A DNA stretch of 29,905 nucleotides from Tolypothrix carrinoi HA7290-LM1 (GTDB lineage: Bacteria > Cyanobacteriota > Cyanobacteriia > Cyanobacteriales > Nostocaceae). The position numbers were made by a program, and so were the translations under genes. Numbering within the stretch: position 1 is the stretch's first letter; each line of letters opens with the position of its first letter. Shown here one piece after another: positions 20,444-29,480 of this stretch. Location: assembly GCA_019358935.1 (NCBI GenBank), contig JAHHIK010000005.1, positions 1-29,905 on the forward strand. The letters are read 5' to 3'. The notes under the pieces were generated by a model. It was not told the DNA's origin, made no database searches, and saw nothing but the letters and a program-made list of their open reading frames with translations.

Positions 20444-20517
20444 TATAACAATCCTATATGATTTGTGAAAATTCACATCGCCCCAGAAACCCGGTTTCTT
20501 GGAGAAACCGGGTTTCT
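20444..20517 (+). repeat. MITE-like end plus 33-bp palindrome
   Basis: TATAACAATCCTATATGATTTGTGAAAA followed by AGAAACCCGGTTTCT-TGG-AGAAACCGGGTTTCT at 20485-20517. Confidence 0.8.
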
Positions 20518-20624
20518 AAACTTGGGTGAAAGAGCGAGTGCCGCAGTAATTGTTACTAAATGTAAAATTTTATGTTTCTCAACGCAAGACTTTTTTCAAG
20601 GGTGATTCTTAAGGAATTAATAAT

Positions 20625-20825
20625 ATGTTCGTTTCTTTAATTGTCGCGTGGGTAGTATTTACAATATTAGTGAAGATAGTAAAAACGACCGTCAGCAGTG
20701 CAATGACAATTGCGGCGATCGTTGTTTTATTACAAATAAGTTATGGCATTACTCCTCAAGATATTTGGAATCAAATAATTCACTTGCCTCAAACACTGTC
20801 GCAAACACAAGGTAGCGGTAAATAA
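20625..20825 (+). CDS. Small hypothetical two-TM membrane protein
   Basis: 66 aa, two hydrophobic helices then YGITPQDIWNQI; upstream AAGGA. Confidence 0.75.
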   Translation: MFVSLIVAWVVFTILVKIVKTTVSSAMTIAAIVVLLQISYGITPQDIWNQIIHLPQTLSQTQGSGK

Positions 20826-20837
20826 CGGTTAAAAATA

Positions 20838-20962
20838 CCGCCCCCACAGGCTGTAAGCCGCTGGCTCTACGAACGAAGCCAGACGAGCGCAGCCTAAGAT
20901 GATAAGGCTGCGCTCGTCTGGCTTTGCTTGTATAGCCGCACCCTTCTAGGGTGTCGGCGGCG
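20838..20962. repeat. Long palindromic REP/MITE-like element
   Basis: Perfect 20-bp arms at 20876-20895 and 20905-20924, with imperfect outward extension. Confidence 0.8.
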
Positions 20963-20984
20963 ATAAATTTGCGATATTCCCCCA

Positions 20985-21027
20985 ACAACTAACCACCAAC
21001 AACTAACAACTAACCACCAACAACCAA
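20985..21027. repeat. STRR heptamer array (AACTAAC/CACCAAC)
   Basis: Tandem 7-mers immediately 3' of the thioesterase stop codon. Confidence 0.85.
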
Positions 21028-21528
21028 TCAATTATTCATCGATCCCGAAAGTCGCGCTAATGCATCTTGAACAGTTGTAGGCAACTGACGCATAATTTTA
21101 CCTCTTTCTTTGTCCACCGCGACTAATGTCACCTTGGCAGTAACGTATAACTCTTGCCTATCTGGTGATTCAATCGCATAATCCCAATTAATACGCACAC
21201 CAGTTACCTCACTCATGCGCGTTCTGACGACTGCTGTCATACCTAAGCGAATTGCCCGATGATAGCGCAACGACAAATCTACAACTGGTAAATCACATCC
21301 TAAAGCAACTAAATCAGCAAATTCAATGCCTATAGATCGCAAGCATTCTATTCTTGCTTCTTCCATCCAGGCAATATAAGAACCGTGCCAGACAACACCT
21401 GCATAATCAGTATGGTGCGGTTGCGCTCTGATAAGATATTCAAACCAATTCTCAAATGCCCTCAGGGTTGGAGTGTCAATGGCACTTGTTGGCGATAATT
21501 GTGGTTGATTTGATTTTTCTTCAGACAT
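21028..21528 (-). CDS. Acyl-CoA thioesterase, 4HBT/YbgC hot-dog family
   Basis: HTDYAGVVWHGSYIAWMEEAR motif. Confidence 0.92.
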   Translation of the reverse strand: MSEEKSNQPQLSPTSAIDTPTLRAFENWFEYLIRAQPHHTDYAGVVWHGSYIAWMEEARIECLRSIGIEFADLVALGCDLPVVDLSLRYHRAIRLGMTAVVRTRMSEVTGVRINWDYAIESPDRQELYVTAKVTLVAVDKERGKIMRQLPTTVQDALARLSGSMNN

Positions 21529-21648
21529 TTTAACTTTTCTTAGCAGAAATTATAGATTTTTTACCAATCTAATGGTACAAAAATTAGTTGCCTTGTACAA
21601 TTTAATAATTTAAAATTAACACTCACCAAGTAAAGTGAGGGTTTTATT

Positions 21649-23733
21649 ATGCGTCCTCATTTTTCTTATTTCAGTTTAGTTATTGCTAGTTTACTTCTTT
21701 TCCCAGGTTTCGGGACGGCATTATCAGCAAATAAGCCAGTAAAATTAAATTTAATATCCCAGTATAATTACCGAGAAACGGCTCAGGCATTACCTCAGAA
21801 AAATAGCCGATTGGAGGTCAGGCAATTAAACGCACAGGCGATTAAGTTATTAGGTGCAAATCGCTCTGAACAAGCATTGCAAACATTGCAGAAAGCGCTA
21901 TTACTTACCACAGACACTGGAGAACGCTGGTGGGAAGCGGTGACGCTGAACAATATTGGCAGAGTTTACCAAAAGCAAGGTCAGTATTCACAAGCACTTA
22001 AATCTTACGAGCAAGCTTTATTGATTAACAGAGAATTAGGCGATCGCGTTCAACTTGGCAAAACCTACAGTAACATCGGTTATCTTTTCGATGTTCAAAA
22101 TAGACCAGATTTAGCAGTTTTTTTCTACAAGCATTGTCTGATCAACCGCGAGATTTCACGTCTTGTACCAGCAGCGCTAGAAGTAGATCCGGATGCTTAC
22201 AGCATAACTGTTGCCCAAACATATCGTACTTTGGCTGAAAGATTACTGCAAGCGCAAAGACAGATTTCTCAAGCGCAGCGGGCTATGGATTTACTCAAAG
22301 TCGAAGAACTACAACAATATCTCCTGAATGTACCTGGAAATCAACGCACTGCGAAAGGCATTGAAATATCGCCAGAGGAAACACCAACGAAAGAAAAGTT
22401 GGATCAAACTCTCGATAATGCTGTTGTTTTAGGTAAAGAACTGACAAAATTACGTCAGATTTCTCCGGAAAGGCGATCGCCTCAACAAAAACAACGTATC
22501 GCCCAACTGGTAACAAATCAACAACAACTGTTGGATCGATTCAACGATTTTATCAATAGTCCTCAGGTGAGATCCCAGGTAGAACAAATTAACCGCACCG
22601 CCAGAAGGCAAAATTTAGATTTGGAGAGTCTTAACGAAATTCGCGATAATTTGGCGCGATTACCCCAAAAATCCGTCCTCGTCTATCCACTAGTTTTACC
22701 AGATAGCTTGGAATTGGTGCTGGTAACTGCTGATTCGCCACCAATTTATCGCAGCGTGGCTGTCAAACGCGAAAACCTCAACCAAACAATCTCAGCCTTC
22801 CGTCAAGCTTTACAAACTCCCAGTCAAAATGCCAAAAAACCTGGACGTCAGTTGTATGACTGGCTAATTAAACCGATAGAAAATGACTTGAAACAAGCTG
22901 GTACACAAACTATAATTTATGCACCAGATGAACAGTTGCGCTACGTTCCTCTAGCGGCTTTATATGATGGTACACAATGGCTAGTGCAGCGCTACAACAT
23001 CAATCACATCACCGCTGCCAGCTTAACTAACTTCAACACCCAACCCGAATCAAAATTGCGGGTTTTAGCTGCTGCTTTTACCAAAGGTAATTATGAAGTT
23101 AGAGTTGGTAATCGAAAGTTTGCCTTTTCCGGTTTGCCCTTTGCAGCGCAGGAAGTGCAAAGCTTGGCTACCATCATCCCTGGAACTAAGAAAATTTTAG
23201 ACGATGCCTTCAGCCTTGCCGCTACTGTGCCACAATTGGATGACTATACAATTGTCCATTTTGCCACTCACGCAGCGTTTGTGACGGGTAGACCAGAAAA
23301 CTCTTTTATTCTATTTGGAAATGGCGATCGCATTAACTTGCGAGATGTCGCCACTTGGTCACTACCTCGTGTGGAATTGGTAGTATTAAGTGCCTGCGAA
23401 ACTGGCTTGGGAGGCAAATTAGGCAGCGGTGAAGAGATTTTAGGCTTTGGCTATCAAATGCAAAAAACTGGCGCTAGGGCAGCGATCGCTTCATTATGGG
23501 CTGTCGATGATGGCGGTACAGAAACTTTGATGACTGCTTTTTATACTTTGCTCAATTCTAGTAAGCTGCCAAAATCTGAAGCTTTAAGACAAGCACAAAT
23601 TGCTTTAATTACCGGAAAATCGCCTACAAGTAAACAGCAAAACGGTAGTAACAATATATCCCCTGCCGTTGACGGTAGCCTCAATCATCCTTACTATTGG
23701 GCACCCTTCATTTTGATTGGTAATGGGTTATAA
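21649..23733 (+). CDS. TPR + CHAT domain (caspase-like) protein with N-terminal signal peptide
   Basis: TPRs (TLNNIGRVY, TYSNIGYL), LYDWLIKP, catalytic VHFATH and LSACETG, ASLWAVDD and HPYYWAPFILIGN. Confidence 0.95.
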   Translation: MRPHFSYFSLVIASLLLFPGFGTALSANKPVKLNLISQYNYRETAQALPQKNSRLEVRQLNAQAIKLLGANRSEQALQTLQKALLLTTDTGERWWEAVTLNNIGRVYQKQGQYSQALKSYEQALLINRELGDRVQLGKTYSNIGYLFDVQNRPDLAVFFYKHCLINREISRLVPAALEVDPDAYSITVAQTYRTLAERLLQAQRQISQAQRAMDLLKVEELQQYLLNVPGNQRTAKGIEISPEETPTKEKLDQTLDNAVVLGKELTKLRQISPERRSPQQKQRIAQLVTNQQQLLDRFNDFINSPQVRSQVEQINRTARRQNLDLESLNEIRDNLARLPQKSVLVYPLVLPDSLELVLVTADSPPIYRSVAVKRENLNQTISAFRQALQTPSQNAKKPGRQLYDWLIKPIENDLKQAGTQTIIYAPDEQLRYVPLAALYDGTQWLVQRYNINHITAASLTNFNTQPESKLRVLAAAFTKGNYEVRVGNRKFAFSGLPFAAQEVQSLATIIPGTKKILDDAFSLAATVPQLDDYTIVHFATHAAFVTGRPENSFILFGNGDRINLRDVATWSLPRVELVVLSACETGLGGKLGSGEEILGFGYQMQKTGARAAIASLWAVDDGGTETLMTAFYTLLNSSKLPKSEALRQAQIALITGKSPTSKQQNGSNNISPAVDGSLNHPYYWAPFILIGNGL

Positions 23734-23939
23734 TACGCAACCGCTGAAACCTACTTCAGAAGAAAATGTCAATTTTACAAATTGTTTCTGAGGAGAGATT
23801 GACAATTTTGTCTCAGCTTAAAATAAACGCATTTTGATAGAAGCGACAAAAAGAATGCTTTTATTAAGTTTTGATTTGTGATTTTATGCAGAAGCGAAAA
23901 AAAGACAAGGCAGCCAATGACTTCTAAATAATGGGGTGT

Positions 23940-24118
23940 AGGTAAAAGGCGATCGTGTAAGCCACAAATACCAATAGCGCGATCGCAGTTCCTTCAAATC
24001 GAGCCAGCCAGTTGCACAGTCAGGGTTTCCCGACTTGAGCAATAGGAGCGTTGGGATTTTCCCGTTGCCTTTGTTAAGTGCAGAACCGCCCATTCGACTG
24101 CTCACCAATTGCCAATTA
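23940..24118 (-). ncRNA. ssrS: 6S RNA (cyanobacterial SsaA type)
   Basis: Rod-like fold. The closing stem is GGCAATTGGTGAGC/GCTTACACGATCGCC and GCGGTTCT pairs with GGAACTGC around an A-rich bubble. The motifs CAACGGGAAAA and CTGTGCAACTGGCTGGCTCGATT match my recollection of cyanobacterial 6S RNAs. Ends are approximate. Confidence 0.82.
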
Positions 24119-24190
24119 CCTCTTAGCAATTCCCAAATTGACATCTACCTTTGGGAGGTTTTTTAAATACCCCATTAGACACAGAGATTT

Positions 24191-24535
24191 TTAACACTTC
24201 TTGGCTAAAGTTTTGTTACCTGTAGAAGTTGGCGTAGGTTGCTTGACAATATTGGCAAGTTCCTGTAGCTGGTTGATTGCTTCTGCACCTTCCAGCTTCA
24301 TTAATTCGCGATCGTCCCGCATCTCCGTCCAAGTGATCCCGTAATCAGATACCAAAAAGCGAATCAGATGATTGTCACCCAAACTAACCATAAACGAAGC
24401 ACTATTCATCTGGTCGCCACAGGTGTAGCAAGATGCCAGATATCCACGTCGCTCAAGTACAGTTGCCAAGGCTTGCAGGCTCATTACCAAGTCTTGAACG
24501 AATTGCCGATGTTGTTGCGCTAGTCTTAGAAACAC
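24191..24535 (-). CDS. DUF1815 family protein
   Basis: MFLRLAQQHRQFVQDLV...ASCYTCG...RFLVSDYGITWTE, a conserved cyanobacterial family; GTG start. Confidence 0.85.
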   Translation of the reverse strand: MFLRLAQQHRQFVQDLVMSLQALATVLERRGYLASCYTCGDQMNSASFMVSLGDNHLIRFLVSDYGITWTEMRDDRELMKLEGAEAINQLQELANIVKQPTPTSTGNKTLAKKC

Positions 24536-25269
24536 GTTTTTCCTCCAAACACCACTATCATTTGATTGAAATTTATATTTTCTTTAGATTTCTTCATCAA
24601 CTGGTATTGTAAACTATTCATTACAATTTCCAGAACGATGTTGAGTCGTTGAGTGGCTACCTTGCTAAGGGTAGTGCATAACTCGTTGGCGTTACGTATC
24701 AAAATATTCAGTTTGCAGATCCAAAATTTCGGACAGAATAGAGAAACTTAATCTTACCCTTATACTCCTGTGTCAAAGTAGATGCTTGCGGAAAGCAATC
24801 CGCTTTAAGAGTAGCGCAAATTTGGAACAAGTCAACCACGCAAAAGATACATATTACATCTTTATCGCGAATTTACAGCCAGATTTTGGATTGGCATAAG
24901 GTCTCACGCCTTGTTACGTATTCTGATTAAGTTTTTATAACGTGGTTAGGTTGTACTGTGTCAGAATCAGGAAAAAGCGATCGCGCTTTGTATACGTCTA
25001 GCTTGGCAGATAATCTGGTAAATTGTCGGTTTCAACTCTTTGCTGAATCTATAGTTCTCGATTTTTACCGTCCGCAATCAAGGTAAGACCTATCGGTCAG
25101 TTTAATAGAAGTCTAATCTAAAACCCAAAACCTGTGGTCTTATCACTGAGAATAAGTCAACTCAAAAACGCCATGTTGCCATTTAGGCAGGTTTTTCAGC
25201 CTTTTTCTTCATATTTGGATAAACAGTTACAGAAAATACAAAAAGTTTTGTTACTGATTTAGGTAAACA

Positions 25270-25283
25270 GTAGTATTAGATAC
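25270..25283. promoter_or_regulatory. NtcA-type box GTA-N8-TAC, with a second near-consensus box at 25226-25239
   Basis: GTAGTATTAGATAC followed by an A-tract; second box GTTACAGAAAATAC. Confidence 0.5.
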
Positions 25284-25319
25284 AAAAATTTTTATTTTCA
25301 TTACTATTACACAATAAAA

Positions 25320-25358
25320 CATAAAAGACAGCTTAGTTGCTAATCGCTGTCTTTTATG
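25320..25358. terminator. Bidirectional terminator-like hairpin 3' of DUF2839
   Basis: CATAAAAGACAGC-N13-GCTGTCTTTTATG, with T-runs on both strands. Confidence 0.7.
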
Positions 25359-25382
25359 TAAAAATTATCCGCGCACTCTTCT

Positions 25383-25595
25383 TTAGACGACTTGCCACCA
25401 ACCGAAAGCAGGACCAATAAAACGGATTGTTATCCAGCCTATAACTGTAAGGATAATGCCAATCCAGGCACCTTTAGTAGTCCATTGGACAAATTTTTCG
25501 GATTGACTTTTGGTAATGGGAACCCACGGTAAGATGCGAGTTTCTTGACCGTATTTTTCTCCCAGAGCAGTTTTACGACGCTTTGCTTCACCCAT
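25383..25595 (-). CDS. DUF2839 family small membrane protein
   Basis: MGEAKRRK...WVPITKSQ...RFIGPAFGWW. Confidence 0.88.
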   Translation of the reverse strand: MGEAKRRKTALGEKYGQETRILPWVPITKSQSEKFVQWTTKGAWIGIILTVIGWITIRFIGPAFGWWQVV

Positions 25596-25727
25596 AATCA
25601 GTAATTCAAAGTTACAAAATTTTTACGCTGTGACTACAGTTGTTTTAAATTCCTAATCCAAACGTCCCCAGTCCCGATGATAACTTGATTGCGATCGCTT
25701 CGTTCGCTTGTGCTTGACAAAACTTCA

Positions 25728-25966
25728 GAGGGTGTAGGGGGTAGGGTGTGGGGTGTGGAGGGAAAGACAACAAGAGCTTCATTAAGAACATTGATACAAG
25801 CCCCAAAAACACGGTGTAGGGTTCCCCGAAACCTGCAACCCCACACCCCATACTTTGTTTTCGGGCTGCTTTCTCAAAGCAATTCTTTTTTTTTAAACTG
25901 GGCTTTAAACCCACAAAGTAAGTTTTCTCCCAGGACCACACCCCACACCCCAAACCCCACACCCTG
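25728..25966. repeat. STRR arrays (GGGTGTG/A)n and the inverted (CACCCCA)n
   Basis: G-rich units at about 25728-25760; C-rich units at about 25839-25851 and 25936-25966. Confidence 0.8.
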
Positions 25967-25989
25967 TTCTCTGTAAATAGCCAAGAAGA

Positions 25990-27564
25990 TTATGTAGAAT
26001 TTTCCTCATCTTGTGTAGAAAACAAACTCGGATCGAGATAGTTAATACGTGCTAGGGGACTAAGGGCAGCCAAAACTTGAGTACCGTAACTACGATTTAT
26101 CACACGACTGTCAAGTAAAGCAACAATACCTTGACTTTCTCGTACCGGAGCGATCGCCCGTTGCAATTCATTCAAAGCAGTAGGCAATAAATATAAACGA
26201 AACCAATCTTGATGCGATCGCTTATAATAATCAACCCTGCCAGCCACCAACGGATTTTCTAAAGATGGCAAAGGCAAAGTCGCAATAATTAAAAGCTTGG
26301 GTGAAGGCAACACACCTTGATGCGATCGCCAAAATTCCCAACCACTGACCAAAATACCATTTTCATCCAAACAGGTTTTTTCTACCTGCACCCGCGAACC
26401 AAACTCAGATGCCAAAATTGCCCCGGCTTGAGCCTTTAATGGCACATCCCCCACCAGAATGACTGTCAACCCAGGCGCAGTTGCACTTAAACAAAGCAGC
26501 GTCCGGACTTTGTGAATAAAAGCTGATTGAAATTCCGGCGTATTCGGTAGAGGTAACTTATGCGGCAAATATAATTGAATCGCTTCTGTTTGGCTATCAG
26601 AAGAAAACTTCAAGCAAGTTAAATCATCTAACCCCAAACGTCCCTTAAAAATTGGAGCCTCAGTTTCCGGTTCTAAAGCGCTACCAATCAGCACCACAGG
26701 TTGCCGATTCCATATGGGCGAGAGAATTTTTCCTACTTCAATTGGTGTGTAATGTAAAGAAAATAAACCTTGGCGACGGGCAATAGTCGCCCAGAGGAGG
26801 GGAGGGGGGGAGGGGGGGAGGGGGGAAGTGGGGGAAGAAAGATGTTCATTATTATTTTGAAATGCCTGAACGAAGCGTTTCCACACATCTGGAAGCATAG
26901 TTGGATCTAAAGCCGAATAAAGACGGCTGAGAATTTCTGCTTCCGGTTGAGAAATCAGATAACATTCGTAAGGATTAGCCGGATGCAGGAACAGTTCCCG
27001 TGTCAGCTGTACCCTTACCTCGCGAATCAGATCAACTTGATATGGGCAAGCCAGCATCAATTGATCCCAATCATGAGGTTGAATTTCTCTTTTGAGTTGA
27101 TGACGCACCCAATCTTCCAGATCGTCCACGCCATCAATAATTGTGGGAATACCTGCCGGAAAATCGTTTGTAAAAGTCAGTTGCGCTTTTAACCAAGCTT
27201 CAGGGGAAGTGAGAAACAGTCCTTGGAACCCATCTTTTGGGAAAGCGTCACCGGTCCTAATCGGTTTGCTGACTTGCAGCCACTGCTGTAGTCGGGGAAT
27301 TTCCACTTTTGCAAGGCGTTGTTGTACCAATTCCGGGGCAACAATAATTACAGGACCATGCCACATTAATGCGGATGCTACAAAACTAGTGCGATATCGT
27401 CCTTGATAACCGCAAACCGCCCCGACTTGAATTAAGGCGCTACGTCCGGTACGTAAGGCGCGTGCTACCAACCTTGCCATCGTCAAATGATGGGGCCAGG
27501 AAGGGAAACCCGCCTGCGATCGCAAAAAGTTATGTAGTGACAAATGAACTTCTGCCTCAATCAC
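25990..27564 (-). CDS. DinG/Rad3-like helicase C-terminal domain protein with degenerate ATPase motifs
   Basis: C-terminal LIIATLPLP...P, LQRAIAPVR and VALLDSRV...YG pattern of the DinG C-terminal domain; GTG start. Confidence 0.85.
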   Translation of the reverse strand: MIEAEVHLSLHNFLRSQAGFPSWPHHLTMARLVARALRTGRSALIQVGAVCGYQGRYRTSFVASALMWHGPVIIVAPELVQQRLAKVEIPRLQQWLQVSKPIRTGDAFPKDGFQGLFLTSPEAWLKAQLTFTNDFPAGIPTIIDGVDDLEDWVRHQLKREIQPHDWDQLMLACPYQVDLIREVRVQLTRELFLHPANPYECYLISQPEAEILSRLYSALDPTMLPDVWKRFVQAFQNNNEHLSSPTSPLPPSPPPLLWATIARRQGLFSLHYTPIEVGKILSPIWNRQPVVLIGSALEPETEAPIFKGRLGLDDLTCLKFSSDSQTEAIQLYLPHKLPLPNTPEFQSAFIHKVRTLLCLSATAPGLTVILVGDVPLKAQAGAILASEFGSRVQVEKTCLDENGILVSGWEFWRSHQGVLPSPKLLIIATLPLPSLENPLVAGRVDYYKRSHQDWFRLYLLPTALNELQRAIAPVRESQGIVALLDSRVINRSYGTQVLAALSPLARINYLDPSLFSTQDEENST

Positions 27565-27625
27565 ACGCTTTTATCCCCATACAAAGTAATTTTTACCTAC
27601 AAAGCCCCACTTTTATCATGTTGTT

Positions 27626-27783
27626 ATTGGGTAATGCGGAATGGGTAATGGGTAATCGGGAATGGGGAATGGGGAATGGGTAATGGGTAATGGAAATAAC
27701 TACCAATGCCCGATGCCCTATGCCCAATGCCCGATGCCCGATGCCCAATGCCCTATGCCCAATGCCCAATGCCCAATTACCAA
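27626..27783. repeat. STRR arrays (TGGGTAA/TGGGGAA)n then the inverted (TGCCCAA/TGCCCGA/TGCCCTA)n
   Basis: Tandem 7-mers in opposed orientation inside the divergent intergenic region. Confidence 0.9.
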
Positions 27784-27797
27784 TTTCGGTGTTCATT

Positions 27798-28766
27798 ATG
27801 CCTACATACACAGGAATTTCCAGCGAAGCCTTCAGGCATCCACTGGATCGCCAAGCCGAGGAAGCTTTACGAAATTTACCCGGATTTGATTTGATTGCTC
27901 GTAAATTTGTGGAATTTGTCTACGAACGCCCTCAGTTAGTCTATCTAATGGGCAACACCATCCAAGTCGGGCCGCGTCAATATTCCACTATTTACCAGAT
28001 GTTTCGGGAATCCGTGCGAGATTTAGATATAATCTGTGAACCTGCACTGTTTGTCTCACAAAATGCCCAAGCAAATAGTTATGCTTTAGGGCAAGAGCAT
28101 CCTTACATAGTCATAAACACAGGGATTTTAGACTTACTGAACGAAGCCGAGATTCGGGCGGTGCTAGCCCATGAACTGGGGCATATTAAATGTGGTCATA
28201 CTATTTTAATTCAAATGGCGATGTGGGCGATGAGTGCCGCTAATGCCTTAGGTAGGTGGACTTTTGGTGTGAGCAATTTTGTTACACCAGCTTTGATTTA
28301 TGCCTTTTTTGAATGGCGGCGCAAAGCCGAGTTATCCGCCGATCGCGCCGCGCTTTTGGTGATGGATGATTTAAATACGGTCATGTCTTCGATGATGAAA
28401 GTAGCTGGCGGTAGCAGCAAATATGCCCACGAATGTAGTTTACAAGAGTTTATCCGTCAGTCAGAAAATTATCAGGCTGATGAAGATGTGCTTAATCAAG
28501 TGTATAAATTCTTAATGTATAACGGCGCACAAGGCGAAATGCTCAGTCATCCTTTCCCGGTTGAGCGCTTGCATTATCTACGTGAGTGGGCAGTATCATC
28601 AGAATATCAGCAAATCAAGAAAGGAAATTATATGCGATCGCCCGCTGAGGGTGCTGTCAATGTTGGAGTACAAACACCGCAAAATCAAGAGGCAGAAAAT
28701 TTACGCCGGAAAATTGAAGAATTGCAACGAGAAATTAACAAAATGAAAAAAGGGACTGGCGACTAG
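27798..28766 (+). CDS. M48 family zinc metallopeptidase
   Basis: HELGH, AELSADRA and SHP..VER, with a C-terminal coiled coil. Start moved to MPTY at 27798 because the upstream extension is translated repeat. Confidence 0.93.
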   Translation: MPTYTGISSEAFRHPLDRQAEEALRNLPGFDLIARKFVEFVYERPQLVYLMGNTIQVGPRQYSTIYQMFRESVRDLDIICEPALFVSQNAQANSYALGQEHPYIVINTGILDLLNEAEIRAVLAHELGHIKCGHTILIQMAMWAMSAANALGRWTFGVSNFVTPALIYAFFEWRRKAELSADRAALLVMDDLNTVMSSMMKVAGGSSKYAHECSLQEFIRQSENYQADEDVLNQVYKFLMYNGAQGEMLSHPFPVERLHYLREWAVSSEYQQIKKGNYMRSPAEGAVNVGVQTPQNQEAENLRRKIEELQREINKMKKGTGD

Positions 28767-29012
28767 GGACTGGGGACTGGGGACAAGGGAGACAAGGAGG
28801 ACAAGGAGGACAAGGAGGACAAGGAGGACAAGGAGGACAAGGAGGACAAGATCAATTTTCTTCTCCCTTGTCTCCCCCCTCTCCCTTGTCCCCCCCCTCT
28901 CCCTTGTCCCCCCCCTCTCCCTTGTCTCCCCCCTCTCCCTTGTCTCCCCCCTCTCCCTTGTCTCCCCCATCCCCCCCTCCTCCACTCCCCCACTCCTCCA
29001 CTCCCCCACTCC
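28761..29012. repeat. Composite tandem repeat: GGGACTG 7-mers, (GGACAAGGA) about x7, (TCTCCCTTGTCYCCCCCC) x6 and CCCCACT units
   Basis: Directly visible; the six 18-mers span 28862-28969. Confidence 0.92.
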
Positions 29013-29083
29013 TAAATGAGAAAATTAAATGCCTGACAGTTTATCATTTGCTTGTAGGTGGGAGAATTTACGCATTGCTCAGT

Positions 29084-29464
29084 ATGGCTATTAACTGGAT
29101 AAAACGGGTGTTTGTGTTAGCTACTATTCTTGCTGTTGTCTTGTTGTTGCCCTTCATTGCCTCGGCAGCACCTGCTAAAGTTGATTTTAGTAAGAGTGCG
29201 ATTGTTGCTGAAGAAATCAACCTGACTCCTCAACACCGGCAACAACTTCAAGCTGTGCGTCAGCGTAGGAATAGAGATATTCAGGCAATGTTAGACTCAT
29301 CCCAACGTGCCGAACTTGCCAAAACTCTACATGCAGGTAATAGTTTCAATCAAGCGTTAGAGTCACTTGACTTGCAACCAGATCAGCAAGAGATGTTGAA
29401 AGCGATCGTGCAAATTAGTAAGTTGAAAATGAAAGCTATTTCAGCACGCTTTTTGCACAATTAA
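29084..29464 (+). CDS. Exported helical protein, Spy/CpxP-like
   Basis: Signal peptide ending ASA, with INLTPQHRQQL, LDSSQR and LDLQPDQQ (LTxxQ-like) motifs. Start placed at the ATG at 29084. Confidence 0.7.
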   Translation: MAINWIKRVFVLATILAVVLLLPFIASAAPAKVDFSKSAIVAEEINLTPQHRQQLQAVRQRRNRDIQAMLDSSQRAELAKTLHAGNSFNQALESLDLQPDQQEMLKAIVQISKLKMKAISARFLHN

Positions 29465-29480
29465 ATAACTAATTTTTGTA

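Noticed and set aside
23884..24144. 86-aa ORF on the minus strand
   Set aside because: It coincides with the 6S RNA structure and has no recognisable protein features.
25634..25976. Three overlapping ORFs between DUF2839 and the DinG-like gene
   Set aside because: They derive from STRR repeats (TPHTP, GCGVW) and have no coding signal.
28761..29012. Possible CRISPR array
   Set aside because: The units are contiguous 9- and 18-mers with no unique spacers, and there are no cas genes.
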